Shown: positions 19,034-28,746 of the stretch, piece after piece
Layout of the letters: each line of letters opens with the position of its first letter
How positions within the stretch are numbered: the stretch's first letter is position 1
Source of the DNA: an uncultured archaeon
Lineage (GTDB): Archaea; Thermoproteota; Nitrososphaeria; Nitrososphaerales; Gagatemarchaeaceae
Assembly (NCBI GenBank): GCA_963817525.1
Contig: CAWFOU010000007.1
Coordinates: 1,152,001 to 1,216,000, forward strand
DNA: 64,000 nucleotides
Reading direction: 5' to 3'
The notes under the pieces: generated by a model
What the model was told of the DNA's origin: nothing
Seen by the model: only the letters and a program-made list of their open reading frames with translations
Database searches by the model: none
Translations under genes and position numbers: made by a program

Positions 19034-20686
19034 ATGCGTTTATTATCCTTCGCAGGGCCGCCCGAGACTCGGCAGCCGTTGTCCGCCCCGCCTGACTCCC
19101 CCGACTCCAACTCTGGCCCCGCGGTCCCCCCCAAGGTCAAGTTCGAGCTCCTGATCATCGTCGGGATACTACTCGCGCTCCTCATGGGCGCGCTGGACAA
19201 CTTCGTCGCCCTCACCGCGCTCCCCACCATCCTGGAGCAGTTCCACACGCCCAACAGCGGCACTTTTGTGATCAGCGCCTACGTCATCACCTCCACGGCC
19301 GGCATCCCGCTATTCGCGAAGCTCTCCGACCTCTGGAGCAGGCGCAACGTCTTCCTCGGAGCCCTCATAGTCTTCATGGTCGGCTCGGTCTTCTCCGGCC
19401 TCAGCCAGAACCTCACCGAGCTCATAGTCTTCCGCGCCGTCCAAGGGCTCGGGAGCGGCGGCTTCTTCCCCGTCGGCATCGCGATCGCTGCCGTCGTCTT
19501 CCCTCCCAAGACCCGCGCGAGGGTCGTGGGGGCGCTCTCGGGCGTCTTCGGCATCGCCGTCGTCGCCGGGCCCCTCATAGGGAGCGCAATCGTGCAGTAC
19601 ACCTCGTGGCGCTGGTGCTTCTACGTGAACATCCCCGTGGGCATCGCAGGGTTCGCGATCGTCCTCGCGACCCTCGGGCCGCTCCGCCCGGCGGTCACGC
19701 GGAAGTTCGACCTCCCGGGTGCGGCGCTCCTCGTGGGCTGGGTCGCCGCGGTGATGTTCCCGCTCTACCAGATAGCGGACAGCGGATGGGGTTGGACACA
19801 GCTCAGGACTGACTCGCTGCTCGGACTGGGTGGCCTCCTCGTCGTCGCCTTCGTGGTCTGGGAACTCCGAGCGGAGAACCCCCTGGTCCCGATCAAGCTG
19901 TTCAAGCACCGCGTGATCGCGGCGGGCGGGGGGGCCACGTTCTTCATCGGGACGGTCTTCTTCCCACTCGCGACCTTCCTCTCGCTTGTGGTCGGCCTCG
20001 TCCTTACGCCCCCCGGCTCGAACTCCTCGGCGACCGTCAGGGACATCCTCTACTTCCTCGTCCTCCCCCTCGTCGTCGGCGCCGCGCTGGGCGGAAACCT
20101 CCTGACGAGGCTCCCGTATCGCGTGGTCGCGGGCTTCGGGATTGTCGTCGGGATAGTGGGGATGGCGGTCCTCACCGGGCTGACCGCCTCGACGCCGCTT
20201 TGGAAGTTCGCGTTCGGCTTCGTCCCGGTCGGCGGCGTCGTGCTCCCGCTCATCCCCCTTGGCTTCGGGGTGGGCCTGACCTTCCCCGTATACCTCCTCG
20301 CCGCCCAGAACCAAGTCAAGATGGAGGACGTCGGCGAGGCGGGGGGCCTGATACAGTTCCTCCAGTCGCTCGGGGGCGCCGTCGGGCTCTCGGTCCTGGG
20401 CTCATTCCAGGCGACCAGGCTCGCCGCCCTGGACCCCCCGCCCAGCGCCGCATGCTCCTCACCCACCCCGCCGTTGCCCGCGTGTGCCAGCTACCTCGGC
20501 TCGCTCGACCCGGCGCTGATAAAGTCGTACGACCAGACCTACACGGTCATGCTCGGCCTGCTCGTCGTCGCCTTCGTCTTTGCTCTCTTCCTGAAGGGGC
20601 GCCTGCAGAGGCAGCCGGCCCAGCGCGCCTCCGCCGAGGGAGAGGGCGCGCCCGCAGAGGCTCCCGCCATCCCCGCTTCCCTGTAG
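19034..20686 (+). CDS. MFS drug:H+ antiporter (DHA2, EmrB/QacA-like, 14 TM)
   Basis: Motifs ALDNFVALTALP, KLSDLWSRR, FRAVQGLG and WRWCFYVNIPVG; real start possibly TTG at 19079. Confidence 0.92.
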   Translation: MRLLSFAGPPETRQPLSAPPDSPDSNSGPAVPPKVKFELLIIVGILLALLMGALDNFVALTALPTILEQFHTPNSGTFVISAYVITSTAGIPLFAKLSDLWSRRNVFLGALIVFMVGSVFSGLSQNLTELIVFRAVQGLGSGGFFPVGIAIAAVVFPPKTRARVVGALSGVFGIAVVAGPLIGSAIVQYTSWRWCFYVNIPVGIAGFAIVLATLGPLRPAVTRKFDLPGAALLVGWVAAVMFPLYQIADSGWGWTQLRTDSLLGLGGLLVVAFVVWELRAENPLVPIKLFKHRVIAAGGGATFFIGTVFFPLATFLSLVVGLVLTPPGSNSSATVRDILYFLVLPLVVGAALGGNLLTRLPYRVVAGFGIVVGIVGMAVLTGLTASTPLWKFAFGFVPVGGVVLPLIPLGFGVGLTFPVYLLAAQNQVKMEDVGEAGGLIQFLQSLGGAVGLSVLGSFQATRLAALDPPPSAACSSPTPPLPACASYLGSLDPALIKSYDQTYTVMLGLLVVAFVFALFLKGRLQRQPAQRASAEGEGAPAEAPAIPASL

Positions 20687-20770
20687 AGGCCGGCGGCTCT
20701 CCGCTGGGGACAAGTATTACAAATCCACACGGGCTTAATACCTCGGAACGGCCTTCGGCCTGACAGATTC

Positions 20771-21415
20771 TTGCTCTACAGCAGGAAGAGGCGGGGCACG
20801 GCCGCGGGTCTTGCCGCGATATTGATGCTCATCACGATAGTGGCGACCGTGGCCAGCGGGGCCGTGATCTTCTACAGCCGGGGCGGCACCCTCGCGGCGA
20901 TAGGCCTAGGCTCCCCCTCGACGAGCGGGACCAGCGTCGGGACCTCCGGCGGGCTGACTGCCGGACTCTCCAACTCCACCGTTTCGAGCTTCAGCTCCGC
21001 GTTCGCAGGGATCTCCGGCCTCATCTTCAACTCCTCGGCGACGACGGAGAACGCGACGCTCCCGATAGGGGGGCGGGTCGCGGTGTCTGGCTCGTCCCTG
21101 CCCGCGGCGGACTTCACGGCCGCCGGGACGACCATGACCTTCACGTGCTCCTCGTCCCCATCCCCGGCATACCTGGCCCTGACCGACACCGACACGGGCA
21201 GCGTCGCCGTGACCTCGATATCCCTCGCGTCGGCAGGAAACGACACCACGCTGACCCCGTCCGGCCCGTGCAGCGTCTCCGCCTCGCAGACCACTTACAT
21301 CGTGTTCCCGGCCACCACTCTGCTCGCCCCAAGCCCGCTACAGGGCTCGTACTACGCTGGCGTCGTGGGCTTCTCGGACGAAAGCGCGGTGCCCTTCGAA
21401 GGCGTCTGGCAGTAA
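20771..21415 (+). CDS. Archaeal pilin-like protein (class III signal peptide)
   Basis: RKRRG followed by a hydrophobic helix, a Ser/Thr linker and a beta-rich domain. Confidence 0.65.
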   Translation: MLYSRKRRGTAAGLAAILMLITIVATVASGAVIFYSRGGTLAAIGLGSPSTSGTSVGTSGGLTAGLSNSTVSSFSSAFAGISGLIFNSSATTENATLPIGGRVAVSGSSLPAADFTAAGTTMTFTCSSSPSPAYLALTDTDTGSVAVTSISLASAGNDTTLTPSGPCSVSASQTTYIVFPATTLLAPSPLQGSYYAGVVGFSDESAVPFEGVWQ

Positions 21416-21464
21416 GCACTAGCGGCGAGCATCATTCATAGCAGGAGACGCCCCGAGGCCTGTC

Positions 21465-22160
21465 ATGGGGAGCGACTCGCGGAGCCCAGGGGAGACGGTC
21501 CCCGCGCCCGTCGTTTGGTTCCTGGCATTCTTCGCCGTGCTGGTCACCGCCCTGGTCTCCGTCCGCGTCCAGGATGCCGTCCCTAGGGGCTCCGGGCCTC
21601 AGTATCTTCTCTTCCCCTACGACGGCGAGATAGTGGCCATCGGGCTGATAGGAGGCATCCTCCCGCTCCTCGCCTCGGCTGCGAGCATCGCGGCCTCCAC
21701 CGAGCGCCGCAGTGACGGGACGCGCCCCCTCCCGTTCATGAGCCGCGCCTACTGGGCGGCCGTCCTCGCGATCGCGCTCCTCGTCACCACCCTCTTCACC
21801 GCCTCCCAGGCGCTGGAGGGGGGTCTCGGCCTCTCACAGCTTTGGGCATTCCTCCTTCTCTTGGCCGGCGGGGTGGCCGGGGTGGACTACTGGTGGCTGA
21901 GGGGACGGGGCATGGGCCTTGCGTGGGGCACGGCCGAGTGTTATGTCCTGGGCACTCTGGCCGCCTTCGGAAGCGACCTCATCAGGACGCTGGGGGGCCT
22001 GGCGCGCGCCCCAGGCGAGGCCCTGGTGTGGGGCGGAGGGGGGCTCTTCGACATCCTGTTCTGGTTCGGGATCTACGTCTCCCTCTCCTTCGTGCTCCTG
22101 AGCGCGCTTGTGGCTGTGGCGACCCGGGCCTATCCCACGATGGCCCGCGCCCAGGCGTAG
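21465..22160 (+). CDS. Membrane protein, divergent DUF1614-like
   Basis: YVLGTLAAFGSDL and WGGGGLFDILF resemble YIAGTLGTLVGADL and IGGAGKFDGIF of 43127..43864. Confidence 0.6.
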   Translation: MGSDSRSPGETVPAPVVWFLAFFAVLVTALVSVRVQDAVPRGSGPQYLLFPYDGEIVAIGLIGGILPLLASAASIAASTERRSDGTRPLPFMSRAYWAAVLAIALLVTTLFTASQALEGGLGLSQLWAFLLLLAGGVAGVDYWWLRGRGMGLAWGTAECYVLGTLAAFGSDLIRTLGGLARAPGEALVWGGGGLFDILFWFGIYVSLSFVLLSALVAVATRAYPTMARAQA

Positions 22161-22246
22161 CGAGCGCTGCAATCGTAAGCTAAGCTTATCTATTTTGCAC
22201 GCAAACGTCATCCTCCTGCACACGGAGTGAGTGGATACCCCTGAGC

Positions 22247-22945
22247 GTGATTGCTTCCCCTTTCGGCGGCGAAGTGGTCTGGAATTTCGCCACGCTGGTC
22301 GAGGTCGCCGAGGGGCTTGCCGCCATCGGGCTCCTGCTCCTCCTATCCCGCGCCGCAAGGTCCCGGGGGCTCGGACCGCTCCTAGACTCCCCGCTCCTGA
22401 ACAAGAGCCTGAAGCCTCCCTTCTCTTACTTTTTCGCCTTCCTGGGGGCCTTGGGGGTGCTCTCGTTCCTCTCCCTCGGGCTGTGCGACATGAAGAGAGT
22501 ATGCGACGTCCTAGACGCCAGCGGCTGGGACATCGTGCAGTACCCGCTGGGAATCCTCGGACACTTCGACGGGAGCGCGTACGGGCCCGGGGGCGCGATA
22601 GGGTACGGGGCGCTCGCCCTGATCACGTGGGTGGGGACGGTCTTCCTACTCACCCTGGGCGCTGGGTTCGCGCGGGCGGTCAAGCTCTTCGCCGTGCCTT
22701 CCCTCCTCTTCCTGACCGTCGCTGTCCTCCTCTTCGACCCCGGGGACATGGGCACCCACGCGCTCAACCTCGTCTCGGGGGCCACCATCGACGGGGTTTC
22801 GCTCCTCAGCAACTGGTCGCTGCTCACCGTCTCCCTCTTCTTCACGGTCTATGCCCTCGCGCGCCACGTGCGCCGGGGCGGCCGGCCGGGCGCGGATGGG
22901 CGTCCCTCCCCGGCGACGGGATCCCGCGGTCGATTTCCAGGCTGA
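22247..22945 (+). CDS. Multi-pass membrane protein
   Basis: Five to six hydrophobic segments. Confidence 0.65.
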   Translation: MIASPFGGEVVWNFATLVEVAEGLAAIGLLLLLSRAARSRGLGPLLDSPLLNKSLKPPFSYFFAFLGALGVLSFLSLGLCDMKRVCDVLDASGWDIVQYPLGILGHFDGSAYGPGGAIGYGALALITWVGTVFLLTLGAGFARAVKLFAVPSLLFLTVAVLLFDPGDMGTHALNLVSGATIDGVSLLSNWSLLTVSLFFTVYALARHVRRGGRPGADGRPSPATGSRGRFPG

Positions 22946-23048
22946 AAGCGATCGTACTCGCCAACCCGGTGGAATCCAGAAGAATCGCTACGATAAACCA
23001 AAAATGGGCGCGTTTCCTAATTAAGGGGTCTCGCGCCCAAGACACCGA

Positions 23049-23675
23049 ATGAAAGGCCGCAGGAGGGAGTCCAGCCGGGATGATGGCTTCCAGGACGAGC
23101 AACCGGAGGGGGCCTGGAGCCCCCAGAGGCAGCGCTTCGCCGAACAGGTCGGCCTGCTCGTCAGGGCCCTCCGGTCGCCAGAGGACGGCGTCCAGGAGCT
23201 CTCCGTCGTCCAGATCACGCTTTTCGGGCCGAAGGCAGTCCCCTATCTCATCTCCGCGCTCGAGGACTCGCTCGACGAGAGCGATCTGCGCCAGTCCGCC
23301 CACGAGCGGGTGGCGGGCCCTGAGAGGGCGATAGCCGGGATATGCAGCGCGCTGGGGATAATCAGGGACGCCGACGCCGTGACGGACCTGGCCGCGGCCC
23401 TCCCGAGGAAGGACGCCGTGGAGGCAATCTCAAAGATAGGTGGAGAGAGGGCGCTCAACCTGATAATGGACATGATAGAGGGCGGGCGCTCCTCCTGGCC
23501 TTCCGGGAGCGCCGACGCGGACCCTGCCTTCGTGAGGAGGGTCTTCCTGCGCTTCGGGGAGGCTGGGAGGAAGCGGCTGCGTGAAGAGGCCGAGGGCGGG
23601 TCTGCCCCGATGCGCGCGGCGGTGGAGGAGATCATCCGCATAATGGGCGACTCGGAAGGCCCCGCCGATAAGTGA
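23049..23675 (+). CDS. HEAT/PBS-lyase repeat-like helical protein
   Basis: Repeats FGPKAVPYLISAL, ALGIIRDADAV and AISKIGGERAL. Confidence 0.65.
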   Translation: MKGRRRESSRDDGFQDEQPEGAWSPQRQRFAEQVGLLVRALRSPEDGVQELSVVQITLFGPKAVPYLISALEDSLDESDLRQSAHERVAGPERAIAGICSALGIIRDADAVTDLAAALPRKDAVEAISKIGGERALNLIMDMIEGGRSSWPSGSADADPAFVRRVFLRFGEAGRKRLREEAEGGSAPMRAAVEEIIRIMGDSEGPADK

Positions 23676-23728
23676 GCAAGGCCCCACACACAACGGTTAT
23701 CTCTTGTCGGGTGCGTCCGCGGCCGACC

Positions 23729-24319
23729 TTGGCCAGGCCGTCACGGCGCTTTGGGAGCAGGCGGGCGATCAGCGCGCCCGCCGCGGCCGTGGTCATCGTG
23801 GCCATAATCTCCACCTCCGCGGTCTCGATCTTCTGGATAGGGATCTCGTCGCGGTCCACAGGAGGAGCCCCGTCGGTCACCACCATCACTGTCACCGTCA
23901 CGGACATCTCGTCCTCGACCGTCACCGTCAGCTCTAGCCAGCCTGGGCTAACCAAGGTCTCCGTCGCCGACGTCACGGCCCCAGCGGCAGCCTTTTCCAC
24001 CAAGGGAAGGACCACCGCCTTCACCTGCGACCTACTTGCCGGACAAGGGGCCTACCTGGAGGTCGCGAACGCGGGAGCCGACGCGGTGACGCTCACCGGC
24101 GTGACGATTACCTGGGCGGGAGCGAACAACGAGTTCACCCCGCCTCCCGCGAGCTGCCAGGTCGGTGCCGCGGGCTCCAACACGGCGTTGCTCTATGTCA
24201 ACCTGCCAGACCCGGCGATGCTCACGGTCGGGGCGGTCGGCGGTCAAAACTTCACGGGCGCCCTCGCCCTCGAAAACGGGACCGACGTCCCCTTCTCGGG
24301 GACGTTCCTCCTCGGCTAG
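23729..24319 (+). CDS. Second pilin-like protein, paralog of 20771..21415
   Basis: RRA/ISA class III-like signal; shared PAA.F...G.T..FTC, AYL, second Cys and VPF.G.[WF] C-terminus. Confidence 0.65.
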   Translation: MARPSRRFGSRRAISAPAAAVVIVAIISTSAVSIFWIGISSRSTGGAPSVTTITVTVTDISSSTVTVSSSQPGLTKVSVADVTAPAAAFSTKGRTTAFTCDLLAGQGAYLEVANAGADAVTLTGVTITWAGANNEFTPPPASCQVGAAGSNTALLYVNLPDPAMLTVGAVGGQNFTGALALENGTDVPFSGTFLLG

Positions 24320-24484
24320 TGGCCGTAGCTCAGGATGGCTCCCGAGCAGAGCCTGCAGTCGAAGATGAAGAACGCGCGGTGTATGCCGCAGCGCTTCCAC
24401 TCCGGCAAGCCGCTCGGGGCCGCCTTTTGCTGGCTAGGAGAAGTGCCGACCGCTGGCGGGAGTCAAACCCCTCAGCTGTGGTCA

Positions 24485-24688
24485 CTAGGCCAGGACCTCC
24501 ATCGCCGCGGTCGGGTGGGCGCGCTCGTGCTTCCTCATGTGGACGAAGCAGTACCTCGCCCCGCAGAGGTGGCATGTGAAGTGGAACCCGAACCCGTCCA
24601 GGACGCCGCCGCAGTGCCGGCAGTGGTACGCCGACTCCATGCTGCCGTTGTGGGGGCGCCAGTCGCTGACCCTTGTCTCCGAAGCCAT
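24485..24688 (-). CDS. Small zinc-finger protein (AN1-like)
   Basis: CRHC...FTCHLCGARYCFVH...H..AH. Confidence 0.7.
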   Translation of the reverse strand: MASETRVSDWRPHNGSMESAYHCRHCGGVLDGFGFHFTCHLCGARYCFVHMRKHERAHPTAAMEVLA

Positions 24689-24815
24689 ATTTTTTCGGGG
24701 GCGCAATCTTGGATTTAACCGGTCCCCGGGGAGGAGAGTGAAAGTATTCCGCTGAGCTCGAAGCACACGGTCCGTGGCCTTCCGTTTAATAGGCAGCCGC
24801 ACCTCAGGAGAGGGG

Positions 24816-25232
24816 ATGTTCTCCAAGGGGGAGACGGATTACCTGAAGACGCAGCGGCTCGCCAGGATTGCAACTGCGTCTTCGAAGGGCGTCCCGGAGG
24901 TCTCCCCCGTCGGGTTCGAGTTCGACGAGAAATACTTCTGGGTGGGGAGCCACAGCCAGGACATATTCCACAAGACCAGGAGATACGCGAACATCACCGG
25001 CGGAAACGGCCGCGTCTCCATCGTGATAGACGACCTCGCCTCAGTCGACCCGTGGAGGCCGCGCGCGATAAAGGTCAGCGGGACGGCCGAGGTCCTGCAG
25101 CACAAAGGCATCTTCGGGGACGGCAAGTACATCCGGATCACACCGAAGGTGAGCGCGAGCTGGGGAATCGAGCCGCCCCAAAAGGGAAGGTTCACCTCTG
25201 TCAAGCGATGGTCCGAGACGAAACCAAAGTAG
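24816..25232 (+). CDS. PPOX-class (probably F420-dependent) oxidoreductase
   Basis: YLKTQRLARIAT, PVGF and VSIVIDDLASVDPWRPRAIKVSG. Confidence 0.88.
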   Translation: MFSKGETDYLKTQRLARIATASSKGVPEVSPVGFEFDEKYFWVGSHSQDIFHKTRRYANITGGNGRVSIVIDDLASVDPWRPRAIKVSGTAEVLQHKGIFGDGKYIRITPKVSASWGIEPPQKGRFTSVKRWSETKPK

Positions 25233-25493
25233 GGCGGGACGACAGCGCGGGGGACGGGCGGCGAAGGACCCACCCGTCCCCTGGCAGACCTAATCCTTTG
25301 CATGACGAAGGAGTTTGGTAGCTTGTGGTTGGTCCGCGAATTAATAATGGGTTGTGATACACTGGTCTGTATCAGAGATGTCGACGAATCGTCCACTGGC
25401 TGGAGGGGCGCCGACCGTGGAGAATGGCTCGCCGCGGCGGCTTTCGTAGAACAATTTTCCATTCAGGATATATCCTCAGCCGCCATCTTCTCG

Positions 25494-26021
25494 GTGACGA
25501 AAGCATTGAGCGACGGATCCTCTGCATCGGATGTGCTTTGGGAGGGGAGCCCCTGGGTGACGCCGGGGCTCGTAGGGGTCACTCTAGAGGCCGTCGCCCT
25601 GTTCGTGTTCCTCACGTGGTTCGAGCTGGCCGTCTTGAACGTCGGCTCCCTATACCTGGTCGCTGCGAGCTACCTCGTCGTCGGCATCATTTGGGTGGCG
25701 GCAGTCGCGAGGCTCGAGCTGCTCAAGCTCTCCAACCACTACGCGCTCAGAGAGTCCAGCCTCGAGATACAGCACGGCATAGTCGGGAAGAGGACGGTCA
25801 CGGTCTCCGCGGCTGGCTTCTCTGACCTGGAGGTGACCAAGACGCTCGCGGGCCGGGTCCTCAACGTTGGGGACATCGTCGTAGAGACCGACAGCGACAG
25901 GGACGTCGGGCTGACCAGAGTCCGAGACCCGATCAAGGTCGCCTCCATGATAGGACAGGTGATGACAGTCCCGACGGTAAGGGTCCAGCCCGGGTCGGGC
26001 GACCGACCCCGCCCATCCTGA
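25494..26021 (+). CDS. Membrane protein with bacterial PH (bPH_2) domain
   Basis: Two TMs, then Y.L....L....G and GRVLNVGDIVVET; start inferred. Confidence 0.75.
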   Translation: MTKALSDGSSASDVLWEGSPWVTPGLVGVTLEAVALFVFLTWFELAVLNVGSLYLVAASYLVVGIIWVAAVARLELLKLSNHYALRESSLEIQHGIVGKRTVTVSAAGFSDLEVTKTLAGRVLNVGDIVVETDSDRDVGLTRVRDPIKVASMIGQVMTVPTVRVQPGSGDRPRPS

Positions 26022-26072
26022 GCGCGCCCCGATCAGGTTATCTAGCGCGGCCGCTCCCAAGGATGGTCGAGC

Positions 26073-26514
26073 TTGCCCTACTGCCCTGGCTGCGGGAGCG
26101 CGTATACGGAGGGCACGGCCTTCTGTCCGACCTGCGGACGGTCTCTTCAGGCAGGGAGCACCGCTGTCCCTTCGACTTTTGCCCAGCCCACGATGGGCCA
26201 GGCGCCGCCTAGCCAAGGCCCCGTCCAGCGCCCCGCGGGCGTCACGATCCTGGCGGCGCTCCAGATCCTCGGGTCCATCGTCGACATCGTCCTGGGCCTC
26301 CCTCGGGATTTTCGGCTTTGTCATAGTGGTCTTCGGAGTCCTCACGCTGTTCTTCGCAGTCGCCCTCCTCTCCGGCCGCAACTGGGCGAGGATACTGATA
26401 CTCATCGGGGCGGTCCTCGACATCATCAGCATCGTCGGGATAATCTGGGGGGCGATATTGCTCTACTACTTCACCCGCAGGCACGTGGTCGCCTACTTCA
26501 AGGCGCCCAAGTGA
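26073..26514 (+). pseudogene. Zinc-ribbon membrane protein interrupted by a frameshift near 26300
   Basis: CPGC...FCPTCG and RPAGVTILA lie in one frame; the TM helices and HVVAYF end continue in another (26179..26514). Confidence 0.7.
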
Positions 26515-26627
26515 CCAAGATCGTCCGCGCACCGGTGCTGGATCACTAGCGACTGTTTGACGAGCCCGACGACCTGAGCTTGGTGCTTGAGCTGGAGGAC
26601 ACAATCAAAGGTAGATGACGGACCATC

Positions 26628-27698
26628 TCAGCTCGTCGAGAGCTTTCCCTTCTCGACGACGGCCTTTCCTCCGACGGAGAGGCTGCCCCTCTTCACGGTC
26701 CCCATAAACCCGAACCCGCCGAGGCCTATGGCGCCTGAGACCATCCTGTCCTGGCCGTTCTCGTACTTCATCAGCGGGTTGAGCCCGACCATCAGCGTGG
26801 AGAGGCCCCTCTTCTCCTGCGGGACCGCCCCCACCAGCCCGTCGAGCATCTTCGCCGAGCCCTTGCTCTTCCACCCCACGAGCCTGCCGCCATCGAACTC
26901 GAGCCTCGCGTCCTTGAGGAGGCCCAGCCGCGTCACCGACGGGGATAGCGTCACAGTCCCTCTCGCCGACGCAGGGTCCACCTGCTTCGACACATAGCCA
27001 GCGGGGACGTAGGTCATGTTGTAGCCTCCTGCGACGTCCTTATCGTCGACCACCCCGTCCTCGACCTCCAGGTCGCCCATTAGGTCGAACTCCAGCCTTC
27101 CCCTCGGGGTGAGCAGGGTCGCGCGCGCCCCGTCCTGGAGCGCCTGCCCGACGGCCCTCCCTGCCGCGGAGATGCTCGCAAAGTCGACGAGCGCCGCCTT
27201 GAGCTGGTGTCGAACGATCTCCTCGGGCTTCTTCTTGTAGAGCTTAGCGTAATCCTTGCCCGCATAGCCGAACGGGAGCCTCGCGCCCCTCAGCTTCGCC
27301 TTTTCAGCCGCCTCGTACCAGGACGCGTTGTATTTCGTCGAGTCGACGAACTCCTGGCGCGAGAGGTTCGGGGAGTACGCGCCGATGGGCGGCCCGGGGA
27401 TGAAGACGTAGGCGTCCGAGCCGGCGAGGAGGGCGTACTCCTGCTTCCCCATGCTCCCGAGGACGTCCTTCGGGCTGACTCTCACGCCCTCGACGTACGC
27501 GGACTCGTCCTCGAAGATTACCACGGGTATCGCCCCCATCCTCCTCGCCTCCACCACCAGCCGGCGGGCGAACGGGAGGCCGTTATTCCACGACTCGATG
27601 GTGAGAGTCTCCCCCTTCTTCAGGTGGAGGGTCTCGGAGAGGACTTTCTTGGCTACCTTGTCATAGAGGGCTTCGTCGGGGCTCAATGCACGCGCCAA
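26628..27698 (-). CDS. Aminopeptidase T/M29-like protein (metal ligands apparently lost)
   Basis: LHLKKGETLTI, ARRMGAIP, LEFDGGRLV and VGLNP are typical of the family. Confidence 0.75.
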   Translation of the reverse strand: MARALSPDEALYDKVAKKVLSETLHLKKGETLTIESWNNGLPFARRLVVEARRMGAIPVVIFEDESAYVEGVRVSPKDVLGSMGKQEYALLAGSDAYVFIPGPPIGAYSPNLSRQEFVDSTKYNASWYEAAEKAKLRGARLPFGYAGKDYAKLYKKKPEEIVRHQLKAALVDFASISAAGRAVGQALQDGARATLLTPRGRLEFDLMGDLEVEDGVVDDKDVAGGYNMTYVPAGYVSKQVDPASARGTVTLSPSVTRLGLLKDARLEFDGGRLVGWKSKGSAKMLDGLVGAVPQEKRGLSTLMVGLNPLMKYENGQDRMVSGAIGLGGFGFMGTVKRGSLSVGGKAVVEKGKLSTS

Positions 27699-27741
27699 CG
27701 ACCCGAGGCTCTAGATAAGATTGCTCCGCCGTACGGCCCGT

Positions 27742-28128
27742 CTATTCTGCGCCGATGAAGCCCTTGCCGCCGCTGCCCTTCTGATAGCCGTCGACGGCGA
27801 GCACAATAGCGCAGATAAGGGTCAGAATCCCTGCAGTGAAGAGCCCGAGGATGATGTACACGATGAAGGCCCCGGCGACGAACCCGATTGTCGGCACGCC
27901 GAGCACCTTCTTCTTGCCTAGGTACACGTAGCCCAGCCCCCAGAATAGGTTAGCTATGGCCGCGACCACCGGGCTTTTGCCGGTGCTCATGTTTGACGAG
28001 GGCACGCCCTGCCCCCCGGAGGTCGGCATTCCTGCCGCATTCTGGGGTGCTGCCGAGAGGCTGGCGCCGCAACTGGAGCAAAAGGCCGCGCCGTCAGCGT
28101 TCTGCGCCCCGCATTTCGTGCAGAACAC
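27742..28128 (-). CDS. Zinc-ribbon membrane protein
   Basis: FCTKCG...FCSSCG and KSPVVAAI...GLGYVYLG. Confidence 0.8.
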   Translation of the reverse strand: MFCTKCGAQNADGAAFCSSCGASLSAAPQNAAGMPTSGGQGVPSSNMSTGKSPVVAAIANLFWGLGYVYLGKKKVLGVPTIGFVAGAFIVYIILGLFTAGILTLICAIVLAVDGYQKGSGGKGFIGAE

Positions 28129-28221
28129 GGGATGTGGTGTGTTTGTCTCGATATAAAAGCGAGAGGGATGCGACGCCTCTCGATAGTATGCCGTTGCGCG
28201 CCGCGAGGGTCCGCGCAGATC

Positions 28222-28398
28222 TCAGCGAGACCGCTTCGTCGGCTTCTTTTTCGCTGCCTTCTTTCCTCGTGGGGTTAGGCTGAGCTTCTTGTCCACGACC
28301 TCTTTGGCCTGGTATTCCCCAGGCTGGTCCTTCTCGGACTCGTCCTCCTCCTTCTCCAGCTCCTTTTCGTCGGCCTCCACGTGTTTGTAATCGGACAA
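28222..28398 (-). CDS. 58-aa charge-polarised microprotein (not in the ORF track)
   Basis: Manual translation MSDYKHVEADEKELEKEEDESEKDQPGEYQAKEVVDKKLSLTPRGKKAAKKKPTKRSR; GC3-rich codons. Confidence 0.55.
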   Translation of the reverse strand: MSDYKHVEADEKELEKEEDESEKDQPGEYQAKEVVDKKLSLTPRGKKAAKKKPTKRSR

Positions 28399-28746
28399 AG
28401 CGATTCTCTAGATCTAGGTGTGCGCTCCCCGAGCGTAATAAACCGGCTTCTTGTTCTCGGAGAAACCGATTACCAACACTTCACGAAAGCTGCTCACGGT
28501 GGGCTGCCATTCGTGTTAGTAATCTTCGCTCGTCAGGACGGGACGACGAACTCGATGAAGAGGCCGATGAGCATCCCGCCCCCGGTGAGCTCATGCCCGT
28601 TGCCGAAGCCCCTCTCGGCCTAAGCTCCGAGATGTGGGCGCGACAAACATTAATTAGAAACGACCCGCTCTCATTCGAACGACTTGAGCTCAGAAATCGG
28701 CAGCGATGTGGATTCAGGACTGACGAGCGTGGCCCAGTCCGGGCCT

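Noticed and set aside
24320-24400. GGCCGTAGCTCAGGATGG resembles a tRNA 5' end
   Set aside because: No T-arm or matching acceptor stem follows; the opposite strand reads better as a Cys-rich micro-ORF
28530-28625. Minus-strand frame ending GGGMLIGLFIEFVVPS
   Set aside because: Very short with no clear start; may be a gene remnant but cannot be supported
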